Source of the DNA: Bilabrum cf. latius
Taxonomy: Eukaryota
Direction: 5' to 3'
DNA: 64,000 bases
Assembly (NCBI GenBank): GCA_965178125.1
Contig: OZ237768.1
Location: 186,001 to 250,000, forward strand
Shown: positions 35,801 through 50,800 of the stretch, in pieces
Layout of the letters: the number at the start of each line of letters is the position of its first letter
Numbering within the stretch: position 1 is the first letter of the stretch
Translations under genes and position numbers: made by a program
The notes under the pieces: generated by a model
Told to the model about the DNA's origin: nothing
Databases searched by the model: none
What the model saw: only the letters and a program-made list of their open reading frames with translations

Positions 35801-38800
35801 GCTGTGCTCCATCGCGCAGAGCTGCTCCAGGGCCCCCACTTCCGGTCTTGCCCAGGACCCCGAGCGGTCGATGCGCATGCAGCGGGGCGCCACTGCCGTG
35901 TTCGAGAGCGACGGTGAGGTGCACCGGCTGGACAGGGGCAGGGGCGCCTACGGGATCAGCTAGAGCTACGGCATGAGCCAGAGCAGGCAGAGCAGGGGCG
36001 GCTTCAGCATGAGCTAGCAGACGGGGCTCTCATCGCGTGATCTCTCTGCAGACGGGCGGGTAGCGTCCGGTTCGGACGACCCAAGTGCGCAGTCCGGTGC
36101 AGAGGTGCACATGGTGCAACTGCGTGTGTTCCCCACCGTGTCCCTCCCAGTGCCCGAGGCAGCGAGCCAGAGGGCACAAAGATACCTGTTCGGCCTCGTG
36201 GGCTCGTCCCTCCCCGCTTACTGCCTTTCGGACGAGACGGGGTCTCTCGCGGCAGAGGTAGGCTTCCAGCACGGGCGGGTTCTTGAGGCCAGGCACGCGA
36301 GACAGGTGAGGGCCCGTCGGCTGGCAGCCGTCCGTGACCGCCGCAGGATGCAGGCAGCAGGGCAAGTTGCACCGATGGTCGCGCGCAGCGAGGCGGATGC
36401 CTCAGCCAGCGCTGCGAGTGGGAGCAACACGGGAGATGAATCCACCGAGCGAATGCGTCGCGTGGACGGGAAGAAAAGCTAGGAAGACGGCATGCTTGCA
36501 TTCCCTCCCACGCCCGCCTACCTGGAAACTGGACCTGGGACGGGCTCGGCAGGACCCCAGTCCTGGTGGGAGTCTACCAGCCAGCTGCATAGCGCGGGCT
36601 ACACGCTCGCTTTGGCACGGGGCCTGCAGAGCAGTGACCCGCGCCTGAGGCTGTGGAGCTGCAGGGGCGCGTCTGCCATGGCCAGCGCCTTAGGGAGGGC
36701 CGTGGAGGCGCAGCGATTCGCGGCCGGGCGGGCGGTCAGGGAGCTAGAGAGGGCGGGCGCGGCCAGACAGGAGGCGAGCGACGCAGAGGCTGGGCTGCAG
36801 CAGAAATGCGTGAGGCTGTATGAGGCCGCCAAGCGAGTGCGCTTGCTTCGCGATCAGGCCGCCCACGATAGAGACGCGCTGGCCACGTCCATCGATCAGT
36901 CGCAGGAGCACCAGCCCGCGCGCATGCTGGCAGAGGCAGCCGGGCGCGCTGATCGAGCGAGGAAGAAGTACTCCCGTGCCAAGCAGCGCTACACAGAGTC
37001 GTTGGAAGCGGTGAAGCAGGCCAAGGCGGTCAAAGAGAGGCTGGGCATGCAGCTGGTCACCGCCAGGGCCCATTGGGAGTCAGCCCGTGACGCACTAGTG
37101 CGAGCAGCTGGGTGGGCCAGGAGCTTGGTGGGCCAGTGCGGGCCCCTGCTTCCCTCCCTAGCGCAGGCAGACCCCTCCGTAGAGGTGCGCGAGGCGGCTA
37201 TGCTGGCATTGGCGGCAGCGGCATCTCTTGGCTCAAGGCTGGGCTCCTCTGGGCTCGACAGGTAGGACGAAGGGTCGCTTACCGCGCCCGTGCCATCGGG
37301 GTCCTCGCATGGCGGTGCAACACCCCGAAACAACAACACCGGTGCGCAGGGCACGACCGACCGAGGCGGCACGTCGTCGTCGTCTGGAAGGTCTCGCCCT
37401 GCGGTGCTGCACCGGAGCTACAGTCGGGGCTACATCGGAGGCGCGCTGGAGTCGTACCACCGCATGCTCACGGCAAGGGGTAGCGTGGATGTAGCGTCTC
37501 CTCCCATGGGACCCGCCGCGACTGGGCAGATGCACAAGCAGCAGGTGCCGAGGGGAGGGGAGCAGCAGCCGATGTCCGCCGCAGCGAGGGAGCGTCTCAT
37601 CGTCATGTCGCTGCCGGCGTCGATCCACGCAACGGCCAGGCTTATCGATATGCTCGGCCCGCTGGATACGCTCCTGTGGTGGGAGGAAAGCTCGGGCGAG
37701 TCGCCGGGGGGCGAGTCTGCCACTGTGGCAGCCTCTGCTGCGGCGCACCACCGTGCAGTGCAAGAAGGCTACGTCGGCAGCCAGCGGCACTCGCGGCAAA
37801 GTAGTATTCACCGGGCCCCGAGCCCGCGCGACAGCCCAGCTGAAGACGACGACGATGCCACGGGCATAGACGAGGGCGCGGGACACCTCGCGGATGGCAG
37901 CGGGGACGTGACGCTGGCCGATGCCTGCTGGCCCATTGCGTGCGGTGCAACCACGCACGCCAGCTTGCCCTTCCCCGACCTCTGCCAGCACTGGTTTGGG
38001 ACTGCACTGCCCTCTGGGGCATGGACGCTTGCCATGCGGATCGCGCGGGACGGATTCCCGGAGCAGACGTTTGTCTCCTCCAAGTCTCTGTTCACCGACG
38101 CGCTCGGGGGGAACGAGACTGCAAGCGGCAGCGGAAGTGCAAGGGCAGCAGATCGTGTCCGGTCCTCTGCTGCCGTGTGGCTCCCGGGCGACTCTGAGGA
38201 AGAGGCCTCTAGACCTGAGGGGCTGCGCACCTCGTGGCAGCTGCCCGGTTTCGTCGCAACGGCCGCTGCGGACCGTCGCTTGCGACGGAAAGAATTGCTA
38301 AGACGCAAGCATCACGGCGTCACTACTGACGCGATGGAGGACACCCCGCGGTGCTTTCCTTCGAATTGGACGATGCTGGACCAGGCTTCCTCTTTGGTGG
38401 CATCGTCTTTGTGTGGTCTCGCAGACGCAGCTCCCCCGGTCAGGAGGGCGGCGGCTCGTTGCGTCCTCACCGTTGCACAGTCAGGAGGTGACTCCAGCTA
38501 CGACCGCGAGGAGCTCTGGTCCGCCATGCTCGGCGATGAGATGGGCGGGGAGGGGGCCAAGAGGCCCACCATGCGCGGGGCAGGACCTCCCCCCTTCGCA
38601 GTAGCCCTTGCGGTTGCACTGGCGCTGTCTCAGTGCCAGCCCATCGCGCTGGTGCAGGCGTATGGGGCGGCGGATCGAGCGGGAGATCGGGCAGCAAGGG
38701 GCCAGTTCAGCCAGTTCAATGGCACGCAGGTGGACGCATCTGGAGTGGCTGCTAGTGCCGCTTGGCATGCAGGAAGGGACGCCATTGCTGAGCTGCTGGC

Positions 38801-41800
38801 CCGGCTCCCGGACCACGTGCATGCGCTATTGCGCCACGCGCCCGACGCCTGGAAAGCGCGCGCGGCACTTCGGTTGGGCGTGTCCAAGACTCGGGCTGCC
38901 ATCAGGCGAATGCACAGGGAGTCGCAGCGAGTCGGGATGGGCAAAGGAATCAGAAGCGGGTCGTACGACGCTGGTGGTGGCGCGGACACGCCGACCGCGG
39001 GTCGAACTCCGGTAGGTGGTGGTGGTGTGCCGCACGGGTCATTGAGCGCGCCGAGGGCAGGCCTGCCTCGGTCCCACTCGCACGTCCAGGTACAGTCGGC
39101 CGGAGGCCGCAATAATAGCGTGGCGTCTTTTTCTTCGGCCCGGGGCGGGCCCGGCACGCCAAGGCATCGGCTCGGCAGCGACTCGTCCAGGGGCACGGGG
39201 GCAGCGGACCGGAGGCAGCGGGCTGGGTCCTCCAGCTCTGCAGCTTACGCCACTGGCGGTCTGTCGGCGCTGCCACAGGCCCCTGCCCGGCTGGCGGCGC
39301 TGCGGCTACGTCGGAAAGGCGTCTCCAAGCACAACTCTCCGTTCTCCATGGCAGTGCGCTCTCCCATGGATGGAGCTCTGGCACCGCTGGCGCAGGCAGG
39401 CATCAGCATCTCCTCGCGGTCGGAGCTGGCACGGTACCAGCACCGTGATTTTGTGCTGGAGATGGCGACGGCGCTGCTAGGAGCAGCCGGCGGAGTGGCG
39501 CTTGCAGCGGTGCGAGCTCTGTCCTCCGCTGGTGCCGTGCACATCGGACCCCAGTCGCAGGGCAGGCGTAGCTCCTCGGCCAGCAGCAAGAACCCGCCGC
39601 TGCTGCCGCCGGACAGCGACGCAGCCACCGCAGCAACGTCCCGCAAGGTGCTAGCTCTCGCGCAGCGAATCCTGTCAGATGCGGAGGCAGACGTGGCTAC
39701 GCACCACGGCCCGACCGCGTCAGCCACAGGCACGTCAGACTTCTTCGGGTCTCGGGACCACTCGTCCTCCCTCCGCTCGGACAGCTTCAAGCACTCGCAG
39801 CTGGAGGCCCTCAGGCCCGCGCTGCCCTCCCGGGTGCTCGCCTCCCTCTGGCTCTCGCGACAGGCATGCACGTCTATAATGTCAACCATGGACAGGGCAT
39901 GCATCGCTTGCAGCGTACGGTGGAGGGGGCACCCGGGCCACCTCGTGCACAGCGACGGCGTGTCGGTTAGTGGCCTCCCTGCAATTCGGACGGATCCGCA
40001 GTACTGGGGCACGCCCCTCGCTATCATGCAAAGATCTGCACGCAGCAGCATCGACTCGACGGCGTCGCTCCTCGCTGATTTGTCGGCCAGCGCGCACCTT
40101 GAGCAGGTCAGGGGGGAGATGTTCGGGCTGGGCGGGCAGCTCGTCGGCCGGGCGCTCCCGCTGGGCCCCGTCTCCAAGGCATCGGTGACGTTCCGCTCGG
40201 CCAGGGCGCAGGCATCTGGAGAGGTGTCTGGCATGAGGACCCACGAGGCTGCGCTGGCACTGAACCAGGCAGGGGGGCAGGAAGTACTCGGAGCGGGGTG
40301 GCAGGGCGGCGAGGAGGCTGGGGGGGACTCGATGAGGTAGACCGGTGTTGCCCTGCTGTCGGGACGCTTCGGTGCGCAAGGGGGCGATAGAGATGTTGGG
40401 GCCGCGGGTGGAGGGGAAGTAGGCGCAGGCCTGGATGTGCCCGGTCTGCAAGACACGACCGCGAGGCACCCGAGTTGGTCCACTGGGATGTAGCAGCCGC
40501 CTCTTAGGCTGTGGCCGCCGGGGCCGGTGGGCAGCTCGGCTCAGGCCGGGGCCGTGTAGCGAGCCCTCCTACTGGCAGAGACGCGGCTGGCGCTAGCCCG
40601 CGCATCGCCGGCTTCGTTGCCTCTGCTGCAGGAAGCAGCCGCCCATCTGCTGCACCACGCCGAGGCTGTGGGGCTGGCAGAGGAGCGGCGCGCTGCGCTG
40701 ACCCACACCCGCCAGGCCGTGCGATCCATGCGGCGAGCCGAGCAGGCAAGGGCAATCGCAAGCCGGAACATGCAGAGCGTTCGATCGCCGACGCTGGCCA
40801 GCGATGGCTTCACAGGTGTGACGAGCGCATCCGAGGGCGAGCTTGGGTCTGCCTTCCGCACGCCTCGTAGCGTGGACGGGTTCGGCTCTGGCAAGAGGCG
40901 TGACCTAGTCATCGATTTCTCGTCGGTGGGGGGGCCTGGCCTGGAGCTCAGTACCCGGTCAGCTCGGCTGTCCGGCTTGATGATTGGGCAGACAGCTTCA
41001 AACGGGTCCCACGGGAGCGGCACGGGTGTTCATGATGCAGTTGCTCGTGCTTCAGCCAATGCCAAGGGCTGGTACGGGGCGCCCTCCTCGCCTGAGTCTG
41101 GAGGGGGCGCGCGGGGATACGGCACATCGGACGATGGTGGCAGTGCAGCCAGTGGTGGCAAGGGTGCGCGGAAACAGTCCGCCTACAGCGAGGCAGGGGT
41201 GTCCAGGACCGGGTCGGCCACCTACCCGGATTCGATCCCGGGAGGCGCGACCGGACTGCCGGGACCCGGCATCGCGGTGCCGGGCGAGCTGCCAGGGGTG
41301 CCCACTCGCTGGCACGGGCTGGCCGACGCCCAGGACCTGGGTGTCTCGCTGGGCTCTCCGGGCATCACGGGTCGCGCTCACTTGACGGGTTCTCACGTCC
41401 AAAGCATGGACTTGAGGGAGAACGCAGGGGCAGCGGTCGGCACGACTGGATCTCTTCAGTCTGCTGGCAACACGTTCGGATCGGGTGCTGAAAGGCTGGC
41501 TCTAGAAATGGGTCATGATGCATCGCATGGTGGTGGTGCCCAGGAGTACCCTGGACTGGCAAGTGCAGCCGACACCACGGGTGTGTCCGCGGGGCAGGAG
41601 AGCAGGCTGCAGAGCGGGCATGAGGCAGTAGAGTCGGGCGAAGCGGGCGGCGGGGCCTCTTTCTTGGCTTCGTTCATGGCACCTCCAGATGCTGCCGGTC
41701 AGGATAGCCAGGCTATGTACGGGAACGCTATGCATGAGGATGCTTCAGGATTCGCCGAGCCATGGAATGAGTCGCACGAAGCGCCGACTGCTGTTGGGCT

Positions 41801-44800
41801 CCAGGACGAGTCCTCGCTGCTTGCCCTGGACGTGGTTGGCAACATGAACCAGAACGGGGGCGATGTTCCCAACTCAGCGGTAGGGAGCAGTGCTGATGAC
41901 GAACACGACCCGACGCTAGGGGTATCGGTGCAAAGCCAAGCTCTGTTCTCCGCCCTACTGCCTCCCGGGATGGAGGGGTTATCAGCCGGCGACGGCGGGC
42001 CGTCCGACGGCACAGGGGGTGAAAACGACAGTCAGCAGTATTCGAACAATGGCGGGGAAACTCCGCTTCAGCAGCTACATAGTACCGGTGATGACCCGAG
42101 GCTACTGCCCCGCGCTGGTCCGACCGCAGCTCAATTGGCTCTCGAGATGCTGACCAGCACCGACATGGGGGAACGGGTCCGCAGGCACCGCACGATCCAG
42201 CGTATGTATGCCAGGTTGGAGACAGAGGCGTACCCATTTAAGCGGCAGGCCGCACCTCGCTGGGCCCCGGCTGCGAGGTCCTTCTTCGCACCTGCCTCCA
42301 TCCTGGTACTGCTGATCCGTCCGCAGCTGGCGCTCCACCCACAGCCGCCTCCAGTGCCGCGCATCGCGCCGAGACTGCACGGCGATTGGGGCTCCGGTGT
42401 GTTCAGCCTGTCCACGTTGCTGCCAACTCTTGCCTCTAGCGCGCGCCCGCGGGCCTGTGACACGCTCCGTGGAGTGGTGACCAGCGCAATGGCGGGTGCA
42501 GCCTCGTCCATCGTCACGAGGAGGGGTCACCTCGCGCCCGCACTGCTGGCCTTGGGGCCCTCCACGGAGGATGCCGAGGATGCCGCCCGAGTCTCCATCA
42601 CGAAAGCCCTGCAAGCCAGTCTGGTCGAAGATTAGGGGCAAGGGGCGGCCGCGACGGCTGCACGGCTCCGCGCCACACAGGGTCGCGCGGGCCGGCCCCG
42701 AGCAGGCACGCGAGAGGCCGGTCACAAGGCGCACTCGAAGGGCAGTGGGCATCCTCAGAGGGTGACGGGTCGAGGCAAACACGGGGTCGATGGTGGGCGA
42801 GCGGGAGCAGATGCGATTGCCAGCTTCTCCGTGACTTCGTCGGCACGCGGCGTTGCGGTCGTGGCTCACAGCGCCGCGGATGCGATTGGCAGCGGACAGA
42901 GCGGGTCAATTTTCGCGGCTGGGGACAGGCTCGCTGCTAGCTTGGCTCTCACGTGCAGCCGCACCGCTCTTGGCCTGACATCTCGGGGTTCTCTGCACTC
43001 GTACAGGGCCCCTAGGCTCTTGCCTGCGTGGCTGGGCACCTCTATCGCTGTACTGGCCAAGCCCACGGCCATCCTGGGATCGAGACAGGCCGCTCTCGTG
43101 AGCACGAAAGGGCTTGCCTCCATTCGTGTGTCACTCCGAAGCCACGACCGTGGCTCGACGGCTGCCTGGCGCTGGTGGCCCAGCCCAATAGTGGGTGCGG
43201 GAGGCGTGGCCGGGGCTCCTTCGCACCTGGGAGCCGGGGTGCTTGGCCTGCACGGCAACAAGGCGGGGCGCATCTCGCTGGGGATGTTGGAGGTCCAGTG
43301 GCTGCTGCGGGACACGGCCGAAGCGCTTGTCGGATCCACCCTCCCCAAAGGCATTGTAAGGTATCGAGCAGGGGAGACAGGGCGTTTGGTCGAGGTCGAA
43401 AGATCCGTTCGGTTGCTTGGTCGAGTCGGCGGTGGCGGTGGCGCTGCCAGCAACATGACTAGGATCCCAGTCGTGCAGGGTGGGGCCAGACAGATAGGTC
43501 TCTCCCAAGTGGAGGGGCCGCAGGCAGAGGGCTTGGGCGGAGGCTTGGCGTTCGTGCTGCGCGACAGTCCGGCTGGGGCGAGTCGGGATGCATTCGGGAT
43601 GACGGCGACCTCAGCGGCTCTTCTTCAGTCCGGCAAAGCACGTCAGGGCGCAGGAGGGGGAGGGGGCATGGGGCGGATGGCAAGGTCGAGCGCTCGCTCC
43701 GGGCGAATAGTGCGCGGGGGCAGCGCAAAGCAGCAGGGGAGATCCGTGGACGACGGTGCCGGGGCCGAAGAAAACTCCGTCACCGCGCGGCCAGCCGCAG
43801 CCGTGTCCATCACATTCGCGCGGATGACCGAAGTGGTGGCCTGCTTGCCCACCATTCCCGGGCCAGAGGTCCTGCACGCCGGCTTGGTGCGAGCGGGAGA
43901 AGAGGATGGTGCCGCCCGATGGATGGTGCGCAGGCTCTCGCTTCCACCGGGCTCCAGCATGGACGTCCTCATGCTGCCCAGCGCACGCATCCCGAGCGCG
44001 CTTGCAGCCGAAGCAGCACACCAGGCGGCTTCCGCAGCAGCAGGTGCCATGTCAGCCCTGGTTGCGTCTCACCGGGGCCAGGGGCAGCAGTCTGCTCAGA
44101 GCGACCACCTCTTGGGCGTGAGTTCCGGTGGAAGGGCGACTGGGCCCGAGGGGTCGTCCGATCGGAGCGGGCAGCACGCCATGCCCACAAGCAGCCGAAT
44201 GGGGCTAGGTGCGTCGGGCGCGTCCCCTGCGACCATCGCGCATGCGGAGGCTGGGATCATGCCTATGGTGCCACTTGGCACAGACCCGGTGGGAGACATG
44301 GGATCTGCTCTATCGCAGGCGTCGTTCACGGCAGGCGGGCCTGGAAGCGCAACCGGAATTGCCTCTGGGGCTGCGGGCGTCCCGCAGTGGATGCAATGGG
44401 ATGGCCGTGGCGGAGGCAGTGCGAGCTCTGTTTCGACCCCCCTCGGCTCTTCAATTGCCCCTGGGGGGTCTGCCGAGCACCAGGAACGTGCTTTGCTCGC
44501 CACCCTTGGTGCCGCACACGGTGAGCTGCTCGCAGATGCGACGGTGCTGACGAGCGAAGACGGCTTCATCGCCAGCCAGCAGTCGTGGCTGCGGTCCATG
44601 CTTGAGAACAGGTCAGAATATGACCAGGCCCTGGCATACATTGGGTCTAACGAGAGCGGCGGGGGGGCTGCTCGCACACTTGGAATGCTGGCTTCGGATC
44701 CGTCCAGCCGGCAGTCCGTAGCTGCAGTGCAGCGACAGCTGAAGACTGCGGTGGACGCAGCAACAGCAGCTACCAGGGATCGGCAGAGCATTCGAAGGCT

Positions 44801-47800
44801 GGTTGACCTGCATGTACTGGACCAGTGCTACCACAGCGGCCTATTGACGACAGCGGTGCGCGAGGGTCCCATGCACCTGCCCCCCATGCAGTCCAGCGGC
44901 AGGGGCGATACCATCGGCGAGTCGCACGCAGCTGCGCTGGAGGGCGAGGCGGCGTGGTATGCCATCCAGGTGGCGGCAGCCGTGCGCGCTGCAGCGGAAA
45001 AAGCAGCCCACGCGAAGCGAATCTCCGACGTGGATGGGTTCCTGCTGCAGCTGCGGGGTGCTCTGGGCGGCCAGGCTGCTGCAGCCGGCCCGCAGGTGGT
45101 GAAACGACACCGGCCGAGACGTCGTGGGGGTGCAGCGGGTCCTGCAGCCGCAGGCAGGGCTGCAACCTCCGGCGCTGGGCACGCACTCAGCTCGGGTGCT
45201 ACTGCTGCTGCCGGTAGTTTGCAGTCGCGCGCAGCCTCCGGCCAAGCTGCTTCTAACACTCCCCTTTCGGCCATGGGCGGCAGTGGCGGTGGGCCTTCAC
45301 CAGCACCGGGCACTCCCCTCGAAGGGGAGTCCTCTGCAGAACCGACGGATCAGCACCGCACGAACGACGGTCCGTTAGCAAGGGAGGCGCGGCAGCCCAC
45401 GTGGGTGTCCAGGGCCGGCGGTGACCTTTTGCTATACAGCGGGCGAGCCAGGCGCGCAGCCAGTTTGGCGCTAGCGGCTGGCATGGCGCTCGTGGGCCGC
45501 CGTGCGGCCGGTCCAGTTGGTTTTGGGGCGCTGGGTGCAGGCGACAGCGGCTCCGGCGGAGATGTTGGCCAACCATCCACTCGATTCATGATCTCGAACA
45601 TACGTAAGGCGGGCAAGGAGCTGAGGCGGCTGGGCGCCGGTGGCAGACATCGCGGTGGAGGGGCAGGACAGCTCTCGCTGGCCGTTCATGGGACGGAATC
45701 GGCTCTCTCCAGCAGTGCCCTTGACCTCATGCGCGAGCAGATCGGCGGGGTGCTGCTTGGCGCGGGTGCTGCGTTGACGCTGGCCCCCGTGGACTACAGC
45801 TGGAGCTAGCACATGCAGTTTTCTGCTGCCATGCACCAGTACGTCGCAGATAGCCGCGCGCTAGCCGATGAATGGATGGCGGGCAAGCTGCCCTCTTACC
45901 TGCAGGGAACAGGCCCCGGTTCTGGGCCTCCAGGCTCCCAGACCCCCTTCCGTGCTGCGCAGAGGCGCACCTCACGAGGGAGGCTGCTGCAGGAGAGGGC
46001 GCCGCACCTGGTGCTGCAGGAGGCAGAGCAGGCCTACCTGAAGCTCACGCAGCTGGCGGCCACCGTGTCGTCCAGCGTGGCCAATCGACTCGGTCAGAGG
46101 CACGCGCACTTGTTCTGGCTGACGTCCACGGGGGGTGATCCAGCCTTACCTGGCTTCCAATACGGTGGTGAGGTTGCTGCGTTTGTGCCCACAGCGCCCG
46201 GTGGCCGCAGGCGACGGATGAATGCGCCAAGAGCTGGGGATAACCCGCTGAGGCTCATCTCCGGTGGCCCAATGACTTGCGTTGCGCGACCCATCAAAAT
46301 CGAGCACCAGAAGATCGCAGCGTTCGCGCCGCCCTCGAGCGCGGTGTCGTCGCGTCGGCTGGGGTCGTTAGCTGCCAGTGCTCCGCCTGCCGTCATCGCA
46401 GCCCAGCGCTTGGCAGATGCTGCCAGGCGCGTCAACTCTATCCAGCGGTTCCCGATCGTGCAGATGCTGGTCGACCTCGATGCCGAAGCCAAGAGGCAGA
46501 GATCGCGGGGAAGGGGGTACTCTGACACGGGCGGCCGTAGGAGGCGACGGAAGCGCCAGCGGCCGGCGAAAGATACCGTGCTGGCGACCTCTCGGGAGGA
46601 GCAGAAGGACGCGAGCGACAGAGAGTATCACTCCGTCTCGAGCGATTCCACGGTGTCGCTCGTCGCCTCTGACCCGGACTTCGGCAATCCACTGGAGCTA
46701 GCGGGTGGGAAAGCCCTGGCGAGTGCACTCGCCCGCGCGGGCATCGATATGCTAAAACTGAAGCAGCGAAAGCGGAGGAAGGCCCCACGGCCTTCCAGCA
46801 GCAAGCCGCTTCCAGTCAGCATCCGGCTGGACAACCTGGTCGAAGCCAGCTTCCGGGACCTGCTCCTAGTGGACGATGGCGGAACCAGGAACAGGAGTGG
46901 CAGTGCGAGCGGGAGCAGTCGATCTGGGAGCATTTCCGGCCACGCAGGGGCGGATAGCAAGGGCGCAGCAGCTTCGACTGCGGCGCAGGCAGGCGCCGAG
47001 GCTGTGCAAGCCGACCTGGGTGTGGCACTGAACATGGCGATAGACGCGCGGCACGTCGCTGAGCTGGACGCAGATGAGATGCAGAAGAGCAGAAGGCAGG
47101 CCATGGAGGCAGAGGGGAGGGCTCGCGAGAGGATGCACGAAGTTGCTGGGTCTCTGGGGTCCTCTGGGCCGATGGGAGGACCCATCGGCCCGCGCAGTGA
47201 CGACCGCACGCTTTGCGTGGCAGAGAGGACGCCCCAGGAGCTCGCTGCCCTCCAGCTCTCAGCGGCACCCTACGTGTTCGATTCGCCGGTCGACATGGAC
47301 CAGGTCGGCAAGATCATTGCAAGAGAGGGAGGACCCGTCGTACCCAGCTCTCCGATCATCAGCCCCATTCTGGCTGGGAACAGGCTGGGCTCTAGCTTGG
47401 CGCGGCAATTCGACTTCAGCAGGTCCTCCACGAGGAGCGAGCCCAAGCCCAGGCCACCCAGCCAGGCCACGGTGGGTCACCACCTGCAATTCGCGCCTGC
47501 TGGGAACCTCATCGCTGCTTCGGACGGCAAGGACCTGGTCACGATTCTTGATGTGCAGACGCTGAGGCCCAGGATCTCCTTCCCCAACTCTGGCAGGGGC
47601 AAGGGGGCGCGGGCTAGCGCGGGCGAACGGGGGTGGTATGGCAGTGGCGGGCGACACGAGAAGGAGGAGAAGTAGGAGGAGGAAGATGGTCTCTTTGAGT
47701 CGGGTCCGCCTGGATCTACGAATGCGGAACAGCTGTCGCATTGGGCCTCCACTGTGGGGCAGGTCGGCAGCTCTGCGTACAACGCTTGGAACGCCGTGAG

Positions 47801-50800
47801 CTATTAGGCCAGCAGCAGCGTCCGTCTGGCAGAGACCCGCAGGCTGCGTTCCTTGTGGCGAACAGAAGAGCGCGCCGAGTGCGACTGGCTGACTGCCAGT
47901 CAGGGCAGGCCCATGGCTCCAAGGCACACGACAGGCGCTGTGGAAGCCGCAGTCCGTCTCCAGGGGGGCACGCAGATGTACCTGGGGCTGTCAGACAGCG
48001 ACCAGGGGGGCAGCGTGGCAGGGGGTAGCGAGAGCGATTCGGATGATGTGACGAGGGGAGCGGAGGGCGGGCTAGATGATGCCGAGGAGGACGAGGACGA
48101 GGACGCTGGCGGGAGTGGGTCGGGCAGTGAGGTGGAGAGGGAGGCGGCCTTCCAGCTGGCGATGGGCTTCGCCTCTGGAGAGGGCAGCAGGACGTCGCCA
48201 AGACGTAGGGAGAGGAGGATGAGACAGAGGAGCACCCACTGGGGGGACCACCACTCTCGGTCGAGGGCCAGATCGTCCAGGCAGCCGGTGACTCAGCAGG
48301 ACAAGGCCGAGGCAGCGCTGGAGAGGGGGGTGGGGCTCATGGAGAAATTTGGGTTTAGGAGGAGGAGGCCTGGGATGCGGGCGGACCGGCAGCGGCGGGC
48401 GCAGCACCTTCAGTCTTGGAGCGACCCGAAGATCACCGATTTGACATGGGTGGATCACAATGTGCACGGGCCGCCGCTTCTGGCCGTTGCAACCGCCAAC
48501 GGCACGGTGAAGATGTACGAAGGTTGCGCGGGAGATGGGCCCATGGGGCTCTCTGTCGGCCACGACGGAACCATCGGCGACGATGGGGACGGCAGTGCAG
48601 TGCACCCTGCGTCGGGGCGGCTGGTGCGGCCGTCGAGCAGCAGCACCACCGACTGGCGCAAGCTGGGCGCGACGGGTCTGGAGAGGCCGGGCGCGGCCGT
48701 GGGCTCACACGAGGAGGATATCCACTGGGGCCCGGAGAGCAGCAATATGCACGTTGGGGCGGGTACTCCCGTCTCTGGGTCCGACGGGACCAGCAAGCGA
48801 CCTGGCGTGCGCACGACGTTCTCAGCTCTGCCCGAGGCCGCCATGTCGGTGCTTGGCAAGGAGAGGGGCAGCGGGTGCGTGCTGCACTGGGACAACTGGG
48901 CGGGCGAGATGTTCGCCGGCGGCAACAGCGATGTGATTCGGGCTTGGGATGCCAACAGCCAGCGCTGCTCCTCGTGTTTTACCACCAAGGAGAACAGCTG
49001 CGTGACTCGCATGAGGTGCCACGCGCCGGGAGGGGGTGTCCTGGTGGTGGGACACGGGAACGGGGCCATCCGGGTGGTGGACAGGCGCGCGGCCAGGCGG
49101 GCGTCGGCTGCACCCTCTAGCGTCGGGCTGGCTGGGCTGCATTCCCACGTTGCATTGGGCGCGGGCATGTGGCTGGGCGGGCACGGGGGGTGGCGCAGAC
49201 AGGGGACGGCGCAGGGTCGACTCCCTGGCCATTACTCCTGGATAGTGGGTCTGGAGTGCCCCGGCGGAGGCAGCGGGTACGAAGTGTGGAGTGCCGAGCT
49301 CAAGGGGAAGATCTGCGTGTGGGACATCAGGATGGGGCACAGGCCGGCCGTGAGTGCGGTGGTGACCCGCCGCGGGGCTGGGTCCTCGGCGTATGGCGTT
49401 GGACCCGGCGGTGGTGGAGTGGTCGTGCTGGAGGGAGGGCACGTGATCGGAGGCGGGCCCAACGGTGAGATCACGCAGCCGGCGCCGCCCGCGGATGCGA
49501 TCGACGTGATCACTGCCTTTTCGTGTCATTCCCACGCGCCCATCTGTGCGGTGGGAACGGGCGACCGGGGCGTGGTGCTCCTGGACTCGGCGCTTACAGC
49601 GGTGGGGTCGCTCAAGTACCACGAGGGATTCACCGGGAACCGAATCGCTCCCACCATATCGCTTGCATGGTCGCCTGCATCTATGCGTCTGGCGCAGACG
49701 GACAACGAAGGCAAGATGCACCTGTACGCACCCCCAGGTGCTGGCGCCGCTGGGCCTGCCGAAGTGCCCAGCGAGCTAGGAGGCTTCGGCGGCAACGAAT
49801 CCTATACGTTCAGCATCGCCAACGACGCGGCAAAGCAGCAGATGCGGACCAGATCGAGTACCGCCGGGTCAGGGCAAGAGGACGGCACTGCTGCCGGCGG
49901 TGGAGCCAGCAGTGGCGGGGACGCGGGCGGTCGATTTAGCCTGTTCGGCATGATGGGCGGCAGGGCCTCAAGGGCCTCTTCTGACGGCGACCACGCCCTG
50001 CCCGGGATCAGGGGCTCTGCCCATCGACGGAGGCTGGACGCGATTCTGGTGCAGGACGAGGAGGAGGGCGAGACCACGCAGGGCTTCCTCGCCCGCGCGG
50101 TGGCGGCCAGCGCGCCAAGAAAGCCCCGGGGAGCAGACGACCGCCCTGGCCCTCTTGACATGGACGCGTCTGCCCGACGGGTACGCACGGCTGCCATGCG
50201 GCAAGGGGTCCGGGCTCTCCCCGCGGAGCATCAGATCGCCGCTGCGGCGAGGCAAGCCGAGGGCCGAGCGAGGGCATCTGCATCGCACCGGCTACGGCAG
50301 TCTCGTGCAGCGAGGCAGGTTAGGCTGGCGAGCCGGCGGCTGGAAGCAAAGGCGAGAGGCATTGCCTCGAAGCAGTACGTGTACGACGACAGCAGCGGGA
50401 CAACTGATTCAGACGAAAGTGACGGGTTGCAGGCAGCATCCATGCCCGCCCACGGTGTCGATTCCGCCCGGTCCTAGCTGCAAGGTGCGGCCCGCCGGGC
50501 TCTTCGTTTCGCTCGATCTAAGGCGCGAAACTCCGCCATCGCCCGGGAGCTGGCCTCGCCGGACCGCGGTGCCAGCGGTTTGCGCAGCGGTCTGCTCGTG
50601 GCCACCCATGGTGGGGTGGACGGGCGCACGAAGAAGCCCGAGAGGATGCGCGTGCTGGGGATGGGCGCCATCGACGCGCGGTCCGCCCGCGAGGACAGGA
50701 GGAGGAGGTAGCGCCAAGAGCGCAGGCAGAGGATCGAAGCAGCCGCAAGTGCTTCTGACTCGGCGTCGGGCAGCGACCCTGCGGGCGAGTTTCCGGGAGC

